Shown: positions 35,301 through 42,148 of the stretch, one piece after another
Layout of the letters: every line of letters starts with the position of its first letter
Position numbering within the stretch: the stretch's first letter is position 1
Source of the DNA: a virus
Taxonomy: Duplodnaviria > Caudoviricetes
Virus record (IMG/VR): IMGVR_UViG_3300032257_000037
Span: 1 to 42,148 of that record
Direction: 5' to 3' (one strand)
Length of the DNA stretch: 42,148 nt
Notes under the pieces: model-generated
Told to the model about the DNA's origin: nothing
What the model saw: the letters and a program-made list of their open reading frames with translations, nothing else
The model's database searches: none
Translations under genes and position numbers: made by a program

Positions 35301-35544
35301 TTAACTCATCCTCAGTATCAGCAACCCTAACCTCAAGTGTCGAATAGATTGTATCATCAGCCGCAACATCAAGTACAGCATAGTTATTAATTAAATCATA
35401 CTCACCAAAAGGCAGTTGGACATATGTATCATCTAATATTTTCTTCAACCATACAGCCATATGTTGTTTAGTTGCTATATGTTTTGTTGAACCATATTTT
35501 CTTGTTGTACCATCTAAGGGGTAAAATGAACTCTGAATTGGCAT
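32374..35544 (-). CDS. Tail fibre / receptor-binding protein
   Basis: gp17-like N-terminal anchor, Ala-rich coiled coil, WVSATAYVIGNIVY CBM-like motif, YTGNG repeats and a discoidin-like SASSEYS...AFD domain. Confidence 0.85.
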   Translation of the reverse strand: MPIQSSFYPLDGTTRKYGSTKHIATKQHMAVWLKKILDDTYVQLPFGEYDLINNYAVLDVAADDTIYSTLEVRVADTEDELIQSPADISIVAGISSEIQIVAGISSQVQVVSDNSAGIQNINNNLAEILDADVQAANAAQSAIDAQTAQTASETAQGLSEAARDASVVAQGLSETAQAGAELAEANAKASELAVDTNIMSNRSSFIVNSSTTINNMNLASVQKIGGTEILYTGNGTVNSILTTAQVANDNGDGTTLAIDWVSATAYVIGNIVYDNSTTGDARAYECIVNTSGIVSPVLDTTNWKLANNQFGCKLSIKARTGATSHSITDSIRRELNFISSDSTAIESNFSGEVTEINTFSILVGVSTRVNANLVDYVLTVEQTTRKTAGYRTDAGVIQNSKLNTGTDLLEKDSAGNPQIRHYNPVQGNEIVLDTGNGLAGRHITTGVKYDFAERKALTGVAQNWATYNSYDGATKYQNLNTTIASTDDILVWNDTEPTENTLTFGTGGIVNTNAVQYITYGYAETANRKLVSYQGVAGDVKVLTGMDMTILGSSVILKDENVGSWVCISNVRGGTTAVFLNLASVENTTTFNVSFETDGFTIHGGSNGDINELNALHIGIASTPYYAQPTGGKELTFNSGISVVGADGKVDNALRTANLTTVASALLDVGTGNANTKQYLFVDAKTGVQSASEFPINSGTDRAKADTWGVDVVDASGTVTHKTTARHGSPESETGFISASSEYSSTIRAYHAFDKVLGTSVNHFAFGLNKTVGEHITYMFSEPRVIKTLEYWAKDFTEYNYADAVSIYGTNDDGQTWTLIELFSGITLTQGASTGELDLANTTKYQGVRLVVDSYVLAGSATVWVAFGQIKYTFAVSDAPYINVQENKVLDSSDLQENRVMLGHVLVDGTESLHSLVEYPINEAHSNGFTAHGVVDLKANVYFITPQNDEALPDLIIPNKRYKLKYPNGWNAENCTAEAQLLINGEWHMVSWATHTTIAQSYGVKAGATTKGIIVKTALEANFNGNPSYNGGTYDVATLGTTATPCRVKLVRIGGK

Positions 35545-38276
35545 TAACTTCTCCTACTTCTAATATTAAAGTTACCCTCTAGGGATACGTTGTTTATCTT
35601 GAATCCAAAGTGACTATCACTAACTATAGATAGTCTTATATCTTTAGAGTTTCCATGAACCATTGGCTTTCTATCATTTGTATATTTACTGTTTATAATT
35701 CTAACTGAATTACGCTTTATATTCTCTACGTGTAAGTCAAATACACTGTAATCTTCTGCTTCTATTTGAATAGTTTTTAATTGTAGATGCCCTCTTGATT
35801 CTTTAGCACCATCTTTACCATAAACCCATTCGCCAATATCAACAGTAGATGTATAATTATTTACCTCATTATCTAAATAAACTTGGTCGCCTAAGTTATT
35901 AAATATCTCTATACTTTGGACTTTAGATGTTTTAGCAATAGTATCACTAGACATTCTCCACTTATCTGTATGATGCCAGAATCCACTATTGTTCCATGTT
36001 CCATTAGCTAGAACCCAATCATCACTATCTGGTGCATCATAAGTAGCAGTAAGCATATATAATTTATCTTCAAAAGCAAATGCCTTAAAAATATCAGCTT
36101 GGAACTTCCACTTGAACCATGAGGATTGAACAACCTCTTGTCCTAATTTAACCATCTTATATACATATACAGTATCAAGTTCATCTAATGTAGTTATAAA
36201 CAACATATCATTAACTGGTGAGTGAGTGAAAGATGAAACATTATTACTTATATATCTAGGAACTTGAATAGTAACATCTTCACCTATAATATTTTTACCA
36301 GCTTGCTCAGATAATCGATACTTCATGACCTGAGTGTATAAGCCTCTATTGACACAAAAGAATATTTCATTATTCATAAATAAAGGTCTTACTGAAACAT
36401 TAACACTATAAGCACTAGCCTGAGATACTTTAACAGTCTTTGGAGATAATACATCACCAGAAGTTACCCTAAATTGTACATTGTCAGCAAACAATACCAG
36501 TATATCTTCAAGGTTACTAGCATATTCAAGTCTTATGGCTTTAGTTGTATCGACAACACCATCAATCCTATCGTTATCAAGCAAGCTAACGACAGATGTT
36601 CTCCAGAAATTACCATAAGTACCACTTTCAGACATAACTAAACTTTTATCAGTAATAAATCCTAGTCTGTTTTTAAAGAAGAATATATCTTTAATTTTAA
36701 CTTCTGGGTTTTCTTCTGTACCGATAAAGCTAGGTATGCCATTCGTTTCATTATCACCAATCAATCTTTCATTCCATTTATCATATTGCTTGAAAGTAAA
36801 AGTATCATCTTCATTTCTAACAAGAATATGAGGCATTGTTGAAGCATCAATATATCTATCTATCTCTGGGTCATAATGCTCAGTCCATAAATCTTCAATC
36901 TTCTTAACCCAATAATCATTATTCTCATCTGTATCAAAACCAGTTACTTTTACAATAGTGTGCTTGTATGGAAAGTTATTAGGTAAATCATCAATACTAC
37001 TTATAGTATGACTCCATCCAGACATAGCTAGTCCACCATCAGTATCAGAACAATCTACATCTAAGACTTCATATCCAGAATCAGCAGATATTTTAACAAT
37101 GCTACCCCAAGATTCAGCCGCAACTCCAACCAATGCAGTAATAGCAGTAGCTAAAGCACCAGCCGCACCCTCAGTGGTGGCATTAGCAACAGATACCTCA
37201 CTTAGCACAGTTTCTGCTTCTGTGGTTTTATTCTTTATTGTTATTCTTGTTCTATATGTGTAATATGGTGTTACTGGGTTACTTCTCCTTATCCATATAT
37301 ATCCAAATTCTTTATAGGATAATTCTAACTCTCTAAGGTTTACTATAATAGACCATGCTCTTGTCTGAGAGTAGTGCGTTGCATTTGAGGCTGAAACAAT
37401 TTTGCCATAGACTGATGGGTTCGGGTTTGCAACATCAGAGATTAATACTGTAACATCTGTTGCATTTAATGAAACTAATGGGTCTAAGCTATCAATTCTT
37501 ATTGGCAATAGAGATAAATATTGACCATCAGCATTTCTTCTCGTAACTTTATATTGAGTGCCTAGTGCATTTTGAATTTTATCTACAAGTGTATTTAAAT
37601 ACCCATCCATCGGAGCACCATATACATAATCTGTATAATGAGTAAATTTGTCTCCACCATGATTTATCGTGATGCCTTTTATCGTGATGCTAGTGTGTGC
37701 TTTATAGGCTCTATGACCACCCTCGTCTGGCTTGAACACTGTGGCTGGTTCTTTTCCATTTGCTATCGTCTTGAATTCTAATGTTACGTAATCTCTATTT
37801 TCAGTAACTAATCCCTCTGGGTCATCCTTAATTGGTATAATTTTAGGAGTTATAGTTTTGTTTGCAATAAAAGTTGTATCTTTAATTGTTGTTCCAGCAT
37901 ATCCATTTATTCCAGAAAAATTAGTAAGATATTCCTCTGCTGAATCTGATTCGTAAGTTAATCCACTACCTTTAGTGTAAACTTTTCCAGTAGATAGATT
38001 TACAACTTTAGCTTCATCTTTGTTTACTTGTAGAGAGTATCTTTCTTTTGAACCTACTGCCGCATATCCTCTATCATATTCATAACTATACGTTTCGCTT
38101 GTCAAGCTTAAAGCATCTGCATTTACATCTACCATTGGATTGCGTTTTAATAATCCACTATCAACAGTAGGCACACAGTTAATCATTTCTTCTACTTGAT
38201 GAGAGCGTCTATCTACGGCTGGTTGTTGTGATACTCCACCGAATAGATTACCTAATGAGTTATGAATTAAAGCCAT
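35544..38276 (-). CDS. Tail tubular protein B (nozzle), T7 gp12-like
   Basis: NLFGGVSQQP...GLLKR, TMPHILVR, W.ERLIGDNETN.IPSFIG and IFFFKNRLGF motifs. Confidence 0.93.
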   Translation of the reverse strand: MALIHNSLGNLFGGVSQQPAVDRRSHQVEEMINCVPTVDSGLLKRNPMVDVNADALSLTSETYSYEYDRGYAAVGSKERYSLQVNKDEAKVVNLSTGKVYTKGSGLTYESDSAEEYLTNFSGINGYAGTTIKDTTFIANKTITPKIIPIKDDPEGLVTENRDYVTLEFKTIANGKEPATVFKPDEGGHRAYKAHTSITIKGITINHGGDKFTHYTDYVYGAPMDGYLNTLVDKIQNALGTQYKVTRRNADGQYLSLLPIRIDSLDPLVSLNATDVTVLISDVANPNPSVYGKIVSASNATHYSQTRAWSIIVNLRELELSYKEFGYIWIRRSNPVTPYYTYRTRITIKNKTTEAETVLSEVSVANATTEGAAGALATAITALVGVAAESWGSIVKISADSGYEVLDVDCSDTDGGLAMSGWSHTISSIDDLPNNFPYKHTIVKVTGFDTDENNDYWVKKIEDLWTEHYDPEIDRYIDASTMPHILVRNEDDTFTFKQYDKWNERLIGDNETNGIPSFIGTEENPEVKIKDIFFFKNRLGFITDKSLVMSESGTYGNFWRTSVVSLLDNDRIDGVVDTTKAIRLEYASNLEDILVLFADNVQFRVTSGDVLSPKTVKVSQASAYSVNVSVRPLFMNNEIFFCVNRGLYTQVMKYRLSEQAGKNIIGEDVTIQVPRYISNNVSSFTHSPVNDMLFITTLDELDTVYVYKMVKLGQEVVQSSWFKWKFQADIFKAFAFEDKLYMLTATYDAPDSDDWVLANGTWNNSGFWHHTDKWRMSSDTIAKTSKVQSIEIFNNLGDQVYLDNEVNNYTSTVDIGEWVYGKDGAKESRGHLQLKTIQIEAEDYSVFDLHVENIKRNSVRIINSKYTNDRKPMVHGNSKDIRLSIVSDSHFGFKINNVSLEGNFNIRSRRS

Positions 38277-38863
38277 TAGTTTGTTCTCCTAAAGTTGATA
38301 CCATAACTACCATTTTTGAGAGAGTGCTTGCCAGTAAAATGTTGGCTTCTTCTAGCATCCAAGTAAGCATCATCAACATCAGCTACAGAAAATTGATATT
38401 GTTTCTCATCACCAATCATTCTATATTGGAATGTTCTACTTGCTCTTAATGTAATGTAATATCTAATAGGGTGTGTAAGTGCATTGAAATCTAAATCCCA
38501 AATTACATCACACTTTACTACATCTGTAAAATTAAATGATTGTTCTTTTTTATCATATAACTTCCAGTCACGCATATAGTATCTACCTTGTGCATCTGAA
38601 ATATCAAGTATGTTTGCTTGTATTGCGATATTACCATCAATATCTGGTTGAAAAGCCCAATCAACATCAGAGTTAATATCCCAGCCAGAGGACAGCACTT
38701 TCTTTTTAGTTTCTTCAAGTACAGAAGCGGCTATCTGAGCTTCAAGTAAATCAACAATCTCAGTATCATCAGTAATAGGAGATTCATTAATTGATTGAAG
38801 TAAGATGTTAATTGCTTGTAAAGAGAATTTTAGTGAGTCGTTTTCAAATGGTAATGTAGCCAT
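38276..38863 (-). CDS. Tail tubular protein A (adaptor), T7 gp11-like
   Basis: LQAINILLQSINESPI...VLSSGWDIN...YITLRASRTFQ. Confidence 0.92.
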   Translation of the reverse strand: MATLPFENDSLKFSLQAINILLQSINESPITDDTEIVDLLEAQIAASVLEETKKKVLSSGWDINSDVDWAFQPDIDGNIAIQANILDISDAQGRYYMRDWKLYDKKEQSFNFTDVVKCDVIWDLDFNALTHPIRYYITLRASRTFQYRMIGDEKQYQFSVADVDDAYLDARRSQHFTGKHSLKNGSYGINFRRTN

Positions 38864-38881
38864 ATTTATTCCTTTTAATAA

Positions 38882-38900
38882 TAACCCTCGAAAGGGTCAC
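38882..38900 (-). terminator. UUCG hairpin after the capsid genes (T-phi-like position, weak U tail)
   Basis: Minus strand GUGACCCU-UUCG-AGGGUUAU. Confidence 0.65.
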
Positions 38901-38908
38901 TTTAATAG

Positions 38909-39127
38909 TTATGAAATAAGCACATTTTGTAGTGCTGTAGATGTTATTCCAGTACAAGCACCAGATACAGAGATTGTTTCCTTAGCCGCCATAGTGATAG
39001 ATTTATCACCAGTAGCATAATGAAAGGTAACAGCACCAGCATCTATAGCTTGAACTAAACCTCTATCTCCAGTAGGAGTATTTACAGCTACACCTTTAAA
39101 TGTAGCCGCATGAACCTCAAAGAACAT
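38909..39127 (-). CDS. Small beta-rich protein, probable capsid decoration
   Basis: 72 aa, TAATG-coupled to the MCP and upstream of the terminator. Confidence 0.55.
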   Translation of the reverse strand: MFFEVHAATFKGVAVNTPTGDRGLVQAIDAGAVTFHYATGDKSITMAAKETISVSGACTGITSTALQNVLIS

Positions 39128-40056
39128 TATACGTTCTTAATAGACACAGCACATTGAGGACGTAAAGCCGCAACACCATTAGAGAAGTAAGCAGTAAGTA
39201 ACTTAGCATCTAAAAATTCTTGTTGTTCTTTAATCTTCGTTTCAATATCCCAAAGTTTAACCATACCGGCCGCTTCCATAGTCCAAGCAAGACCAATAAG
39301 ACCAGCAGTTGCAGGAACATTGTTAGACATAACAACCTTAACACCACCTACCATAGCAACAGCACCAGTATCAAGACCGCCATTACCAGAAGTAATATCC
39401 TTGTCAATGATTAAAAGTGATTGTGGTAAGTAAGAAAAGTTAGTTGGATTTAAAGCAACATATACTTCGCCAGATGTATCAACATCATTGTTTTCCATAG
39501 CCGCTTTAGCCGCATAAACAGACTCGATAATCGCCTTACCATGTGCTTCTGCTGTAGTTCCAGCCGCTAACCCACCAGGCAATGCAGTGTTAACAATAAC
39601 AGTACCATTACCATTACCAACAAGACCAGTAGCTAAACTTGAAGCTTCAATAGCCGCCGCAACTTTTCGGTCAACAACATTAGCTAGTTTAGCACCAACT
39701 TGACGAACATCTTTTGCTACAACATCATAGTTAGCAGTAGCTTCTTCAAAGCGGTCAATACGACGAGCTTGATATTGTGGGCGGTCAAGATTAATGACAA
39801 TCTCATCTTGAGTACCATCTGTTACATCAACTTGTGTACCAGCTGTATATGCTACAACACCAGTATCAGTTGTGTCCTCTTTACCCTCGATAGTAAACTG
39901 AGCACCAGTACCACCAGTTAAAGAACGTGTATCAATCTTATCTGCAAAAACTGTTTTACGTTTGAAAGCCTCTACGACTCCGACATGAATATCTCTTGAA
40001 AGTGTTGCGGCTGAATCTGAACCGACATTTGGGGTAGTTGAACCTGGGTAAGCCAT
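39127..40056 (-). CDS. Major capsid protein (T7 gp10-like)
   Basis: V.EAFKRKTVF...RSLTGGTGAQF, VGGVKVVMSNNVP and GVAALRPQCAV motifs; located after the scaffold. Confidence 0.92.
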   Translation of the reverse strand: MAYPGSTTPNVGSDSAATLSRDIHVGVVEAFKRKTVFADKIDTRSLTGGTGAQFTIEGKEDTTDTGVVAYTAGTQVDVTDGTQDEIVINLDRPQYQARRIDRFEEATANYDVVAKDVRQVGAKLANVVDRKVAAAIEASSLATGLVGNGNGTVIVNTALPGGLAAGTTAEAHGKAIIESVYAAKAAMENNDVDTSGEVYVALNPTNFSYLPQSLLIIDKDITSGNGGLDTGAVAMVGGVKVVMSNNVPATAGLIGLAWTMEAAGMVKLWDIETKIKEQQEFLDAKLLTAYFSNGVAALRPQCAVSIKNV

Positions 40057-40058
40057 TT

Positions 40059-40136
40059 TGTATCCTTTGATTATTTTGTTTTAGTTTTGTTCTTTTGGGA
40101 AACTCAACATCATGCAAAACTTTTTTAAAGGATACA
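40059..40136 (-). promoter_or_regulatory. Capsid 5'UTR stem sequestering the Shine-Dalgarno sequence
   Basis: Perfect 10-bp inverted repeat tgtatccttt (40059-40068) / aaaggataca (40127-40136), plus inner agttttg/caaaact. Confidence 0.65.
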
Positions 40137-40216
40137 TTGCTCAAAAGTGAGGAAAATATCTTAGTAGTAGTAATGGCTAAGGCAAGTTGAGATTTACCTC
40201 AACGAACTTAACAGAT

Positions 40217-40246
40217 ATTTTAGCAGATTATATTTGTAATTGTCAA
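40217..40246 (-). promoter_or_regulatory. Host sigma70-type promoter for the capsid gene (TTGACA-18-TAAAAT, extended -10)
   Basis: Minus strand TTGACA attacaaatataatcTGc TAAAAT. Confidence 0.7.
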
Positions 40247-40247
40247 G

Positions 40248-41027
40248 CTATCTATTGAAAATAACTTTATCTGGTGTCATTGCCATACGTTTTTGGTGCA
40301 TTTCTGGGTTAGTATTCTTTCCAGTAATCACTTCATCCATAGAAGAATATGGCTTAATGCCAACACTAGCATTAGAACCAACAATACGCTCAGTAGTATT
40401 TTCTTGTGGTGCTTGTGGATTCTCAGATTGTTCTTTATATTGAGCGTGAAGCCCTTGAATATATATCTGAGCAGACTTACCAGTTAAATTCTTATCAAAA
40501 TCTTCTCTAACATCTTCTGGTAATACTTCTTTAGCCCAACTAGCCATAGCTTCATATTCCTCTTTACCACCTACAGACTCATAGACACGATTAATCATAT
40601 CTCTGCTCTTGTATGCGTTGAGTTCTAATTGCTCTTGACTAATATCATTCTCGGCTAGTTTAGCTTTGATATCGTCGTTAATATCCATACCATTAGAGAT
40701 AAGTTCAGAGGCTAGAGAATTCATAATTTCATCTTTCTTATTCTGAATCTCTCTATCAGTCTGTACTTGCTCAACTTCTTCTTTAGATGCTTTTTCACCA
40801 TCCTTAACTTCTCTTACAAAGTTAGCGTGTTTTGCTCTAAGTTTATTATGTTCAGATACTAAGTCCTCAATAGAATCAAATCTATCTAGTAACTTATCAT
40901 TCTTGAAGTGTTTTTCTCTGAAATCCTCAGTTACTTCCCACTTGCTAGTATCAAAAGAAGCTGGTTCAACTTCTTCAACATTCTCTACAACCTCTGGTTC
41001 GCCAGTATTCTCAATAGTTTCAGCCAT
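40248..41027 (-). CDS. Capsid assembly scaffolding protein (T7 gp9-like)
   Basis: Acidic; VYESVGGKEEYEAMASWAKE motif. Confidence 0.88.
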   Translation of the reverse strand: MAETIENTGEPEVVENVEEVEPASFDTSKWEVTEDFREKHFKNDKLLDRFDSIEDLVSEHNKLRAKHANFVREVKDGEKASKEEVEQVQTDREIQNKKDEIMNSLASELISNGMDINDDIKAKLAENDISQEQLELNAYKSRDMINRVYESVGGKEEYEAMASWAKEVLPEDVREDFDKNLTGKSAQIYIQGLHAQYKEQSENPQAPQENTTERIVGSNASVGIKPYSSMDEVITGKNTNPEMHQKRMAMTPDKVIFNR

Positions 41028-41437
41028 TATCTAACCTTTTGGAATCCATGTTCATTAAACGTAATAGGATTTTTCCCACGCAATTCTTCCATTGATAAAA
41101 CATTAATAACGCTTTGAAGTTCATTCTCATCAATACCATGCTTGTCCATAATCTCTCTAGGACTCCATTTAGAATTGATTAAAACTCTAAGTTCTTGAGA
41201 TGATAATTTTGTTTTCTCACCATCTTTTCTACCCATAGTTCTTCCATTAGCTTTTGAATACTCTGCATACTCAGTCGTTGAGAATGTTCTTAATGTACCT
41301 ACTGCTTGCACTTCTGTCTTTTCACTCATTTTACTTTCTCCGTTTACCAATTCTCTTAATTTATCCATAGGGATATTATTTGGAAACTCAATACCTTTTG
41401 ATTGAGCCTCAGCCTTTAGTTCATCTCGCTCAGACAT
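41027..41437 (-). CDS. Hypothetical protein between portal and scaffold
   Basis: 136 aa; N-terminal ELKAEAQSKGIEF...KLRELV resembles HeH/LEM-like helices. Confidence 0.65.
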   Translation of the reverse strand: MSERDELKAEAQSKGIEFPNNIPMDKLRELVNGESKMSEKTEVQAVGTLRTFSTTEYAEYSKANGRTMGRKDGEKTKLSSQELRVLINSKWSPREIMDKHGIDENELQSVINVLSMEELRGKNPITFNEHGFQKVR

Positions 41438-41541
41438 TATTTAACTGCCTTAACTACTTTACATCTACCCATCATGTACTCACCTTTTTTTAAAGCTTTC
41501 TTTTCTGGTTTTTTAGTTTCTGTTTTCTTTTCTGTTGCCAT
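41437..41541 (-). CDS. Small basic protein, 34 aa
   Basis: Translated manually (MATEKKTETKKPEKK...); AAGGA RBS; TAATG coupling. Confidence 0.55.
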   Translation of the reverse strand: MATEKKTETKKPEKKALKKGEYMMGRCKVVKAVK

Positions 41542-41554
41542 AATTTATCCTTTA

Positions 41555-42148
41555 TTATTGTTGTTGAGCATTAGCCACTACTGCTTTACCAGCTTCTTGC
41601 CCAGCCGACTTAGCACCCTCTTCACCTAACATAGCTTCTTGTTGCTGTGCTTGCTGTGCTTGTTGTTCTTTAGCAATCTGTGTATTAGTTTTAAGTAATC
41701 CAGTTGTATCAATTCCATAGAAACTTGCATATCTATTTGTTAATTCATCTGAGTTAAGTCTGTTGCCAGCACCTACACCTACGATTGTTTGAACGAAAGC
41801 ATCTAATCCTCTAGCTTCGTTAGAACGACCTAACGCATCTAATCCAACTACAATCTTAACTCCTAATTCTTTAAAAGTCAATCCCATCTCATTCATAACT
41901 TGATGAATATTCCATTTTACTAAGCTTTCTGATAATTTAGAATAAGTACCAGCTAGTGAAGTTGTTTCTAACTCTTGTGCTAGAAATTGAATCTCTGCGG
42001 CTGTTACACGTTCTGCCTCTCTGGTTGCTGACTCATTCATAAGGAAAGCCGCCGCAATATCACGTTTTAACTCAGCCTTAGTATCCATAGAGAATTGGAA
42101 ATCATAGTTTTTACCTAATTGAAAGACTCCAATATCATCCTCTTTACC
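41555..42148 (-). CDS. Portal (head-tail connector), 3' part
   Basis: REAERVTAAEIQFLAQELE...LAGTYSKLS and GLDALGR are hallmark T7 gp8 C-terminal motifs; Q-rich tail. Confidence 0.92.
   Translation of the reverse strand, partial: GKEDDIGVFQLGKNYDFQFSMDTKAELKRDIAAAFLMNESATREAERVTAAEIQFLAQELETTSLAGTYSKLSESLVKWNIHQVMNEMGLTFKELGVKIVVGLDALGRSNEARGLDAFVQTIVGVGAGNRLNSDELTNRYASFYGIDTTGLLKTNTQIAKEQQAQQAQQQEAMLGEEGAKSAGQEAGKAVVANAQQQ
42022..42148. repeat. Second copy of the 127-nt terminal duplication
   Basis: Exact match to 1-127. Confidence 0.95.

Noticed and set aside
32374-35544. Diversity-generating retroelement or invertible tail-fibre cassette
   Set aside because: No reverse transcriptase, invertase or template/variable repeat pair seen.
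39110-39150. T7 10A/10B-type capsid frameshift into the downstream ORF
   Set aside because: No slippery heptamer at the MCP end; a simple TAATG coupling explains the junction.
20428-41117. Numerous plus-strand ORFs opposite the structural genes, and minus-strand ORFs opposite the early genes
   Set aside because: Antisense shadows with Ser/Leu/Phe/Ile-rich composition and no RBS, fully overlapping well-supported genes.
42022-42148. 127-bp end repeat as a biological direct terminal repeat
   Set aside because: It lies mid-portal and equals a common assembler k-mer length. It shows circularity or terminal redundancy, not the physical ends.
1-42148. Alternative genetic code
   Set aside because: Long genes are intact in code 11, and TAA, TAG and TGA all serve as stops with tight coupling.

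Overview
The window is an apparently complete, AT-rich, circular or circularly permuted podovirus-type phage genome of about 42,021 bp. The last 127 nt duplicate the first 127 nt (assembly overlap) and the break falls inside the portal gene. The minus strand (1470 to 1, continuing 42148 to 20118) carries a T7-like virion module: portal, scaffold, major capsid, tail tube A/B, tail fibre, lysis cassette, three internal virion proteins and both terminase subunits. The plus strand (1504-20117) carries early and replication genes: a lambda-O-like initiator with internal iterons, a DnaB-like helicase, an AEP-type primase, ERF, SSB, a Dda/RecD-like helicase, GIY-YIG and HNH nucleases, a dUTPase and two YopX proteins. 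I see no RNA polymerase, DNA polymerase, integrase, tRNA or CRISPR array. AAGGA ribosome-binding sites and TGnTATAAT promoters suggest a Campylobacterota host (inference). The most interesting signals are: (1) a membrane-anchored HTH gene carrying a frame-independent GTGTTACGAG repeat cluster in its own coding sequence, a candidate self-binding DNA-membrane tether or partition system; (2) a bistable RNA leader in front of the initiator; (3) an SD-sequestering capsid leader; (4) a CUCUCAUU-loop candidate sRNA; (5) repeated hairpin-RBS cassettes in the early region; (6) a signal-peptide HNH nuclease; (7) a PLA2-like lysis-cassette protein; (8) codon-pair-level avoidance of GCWGC and apparent avoidance of GATC. 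All family calls are from motif recognition by eye; no searches were run.
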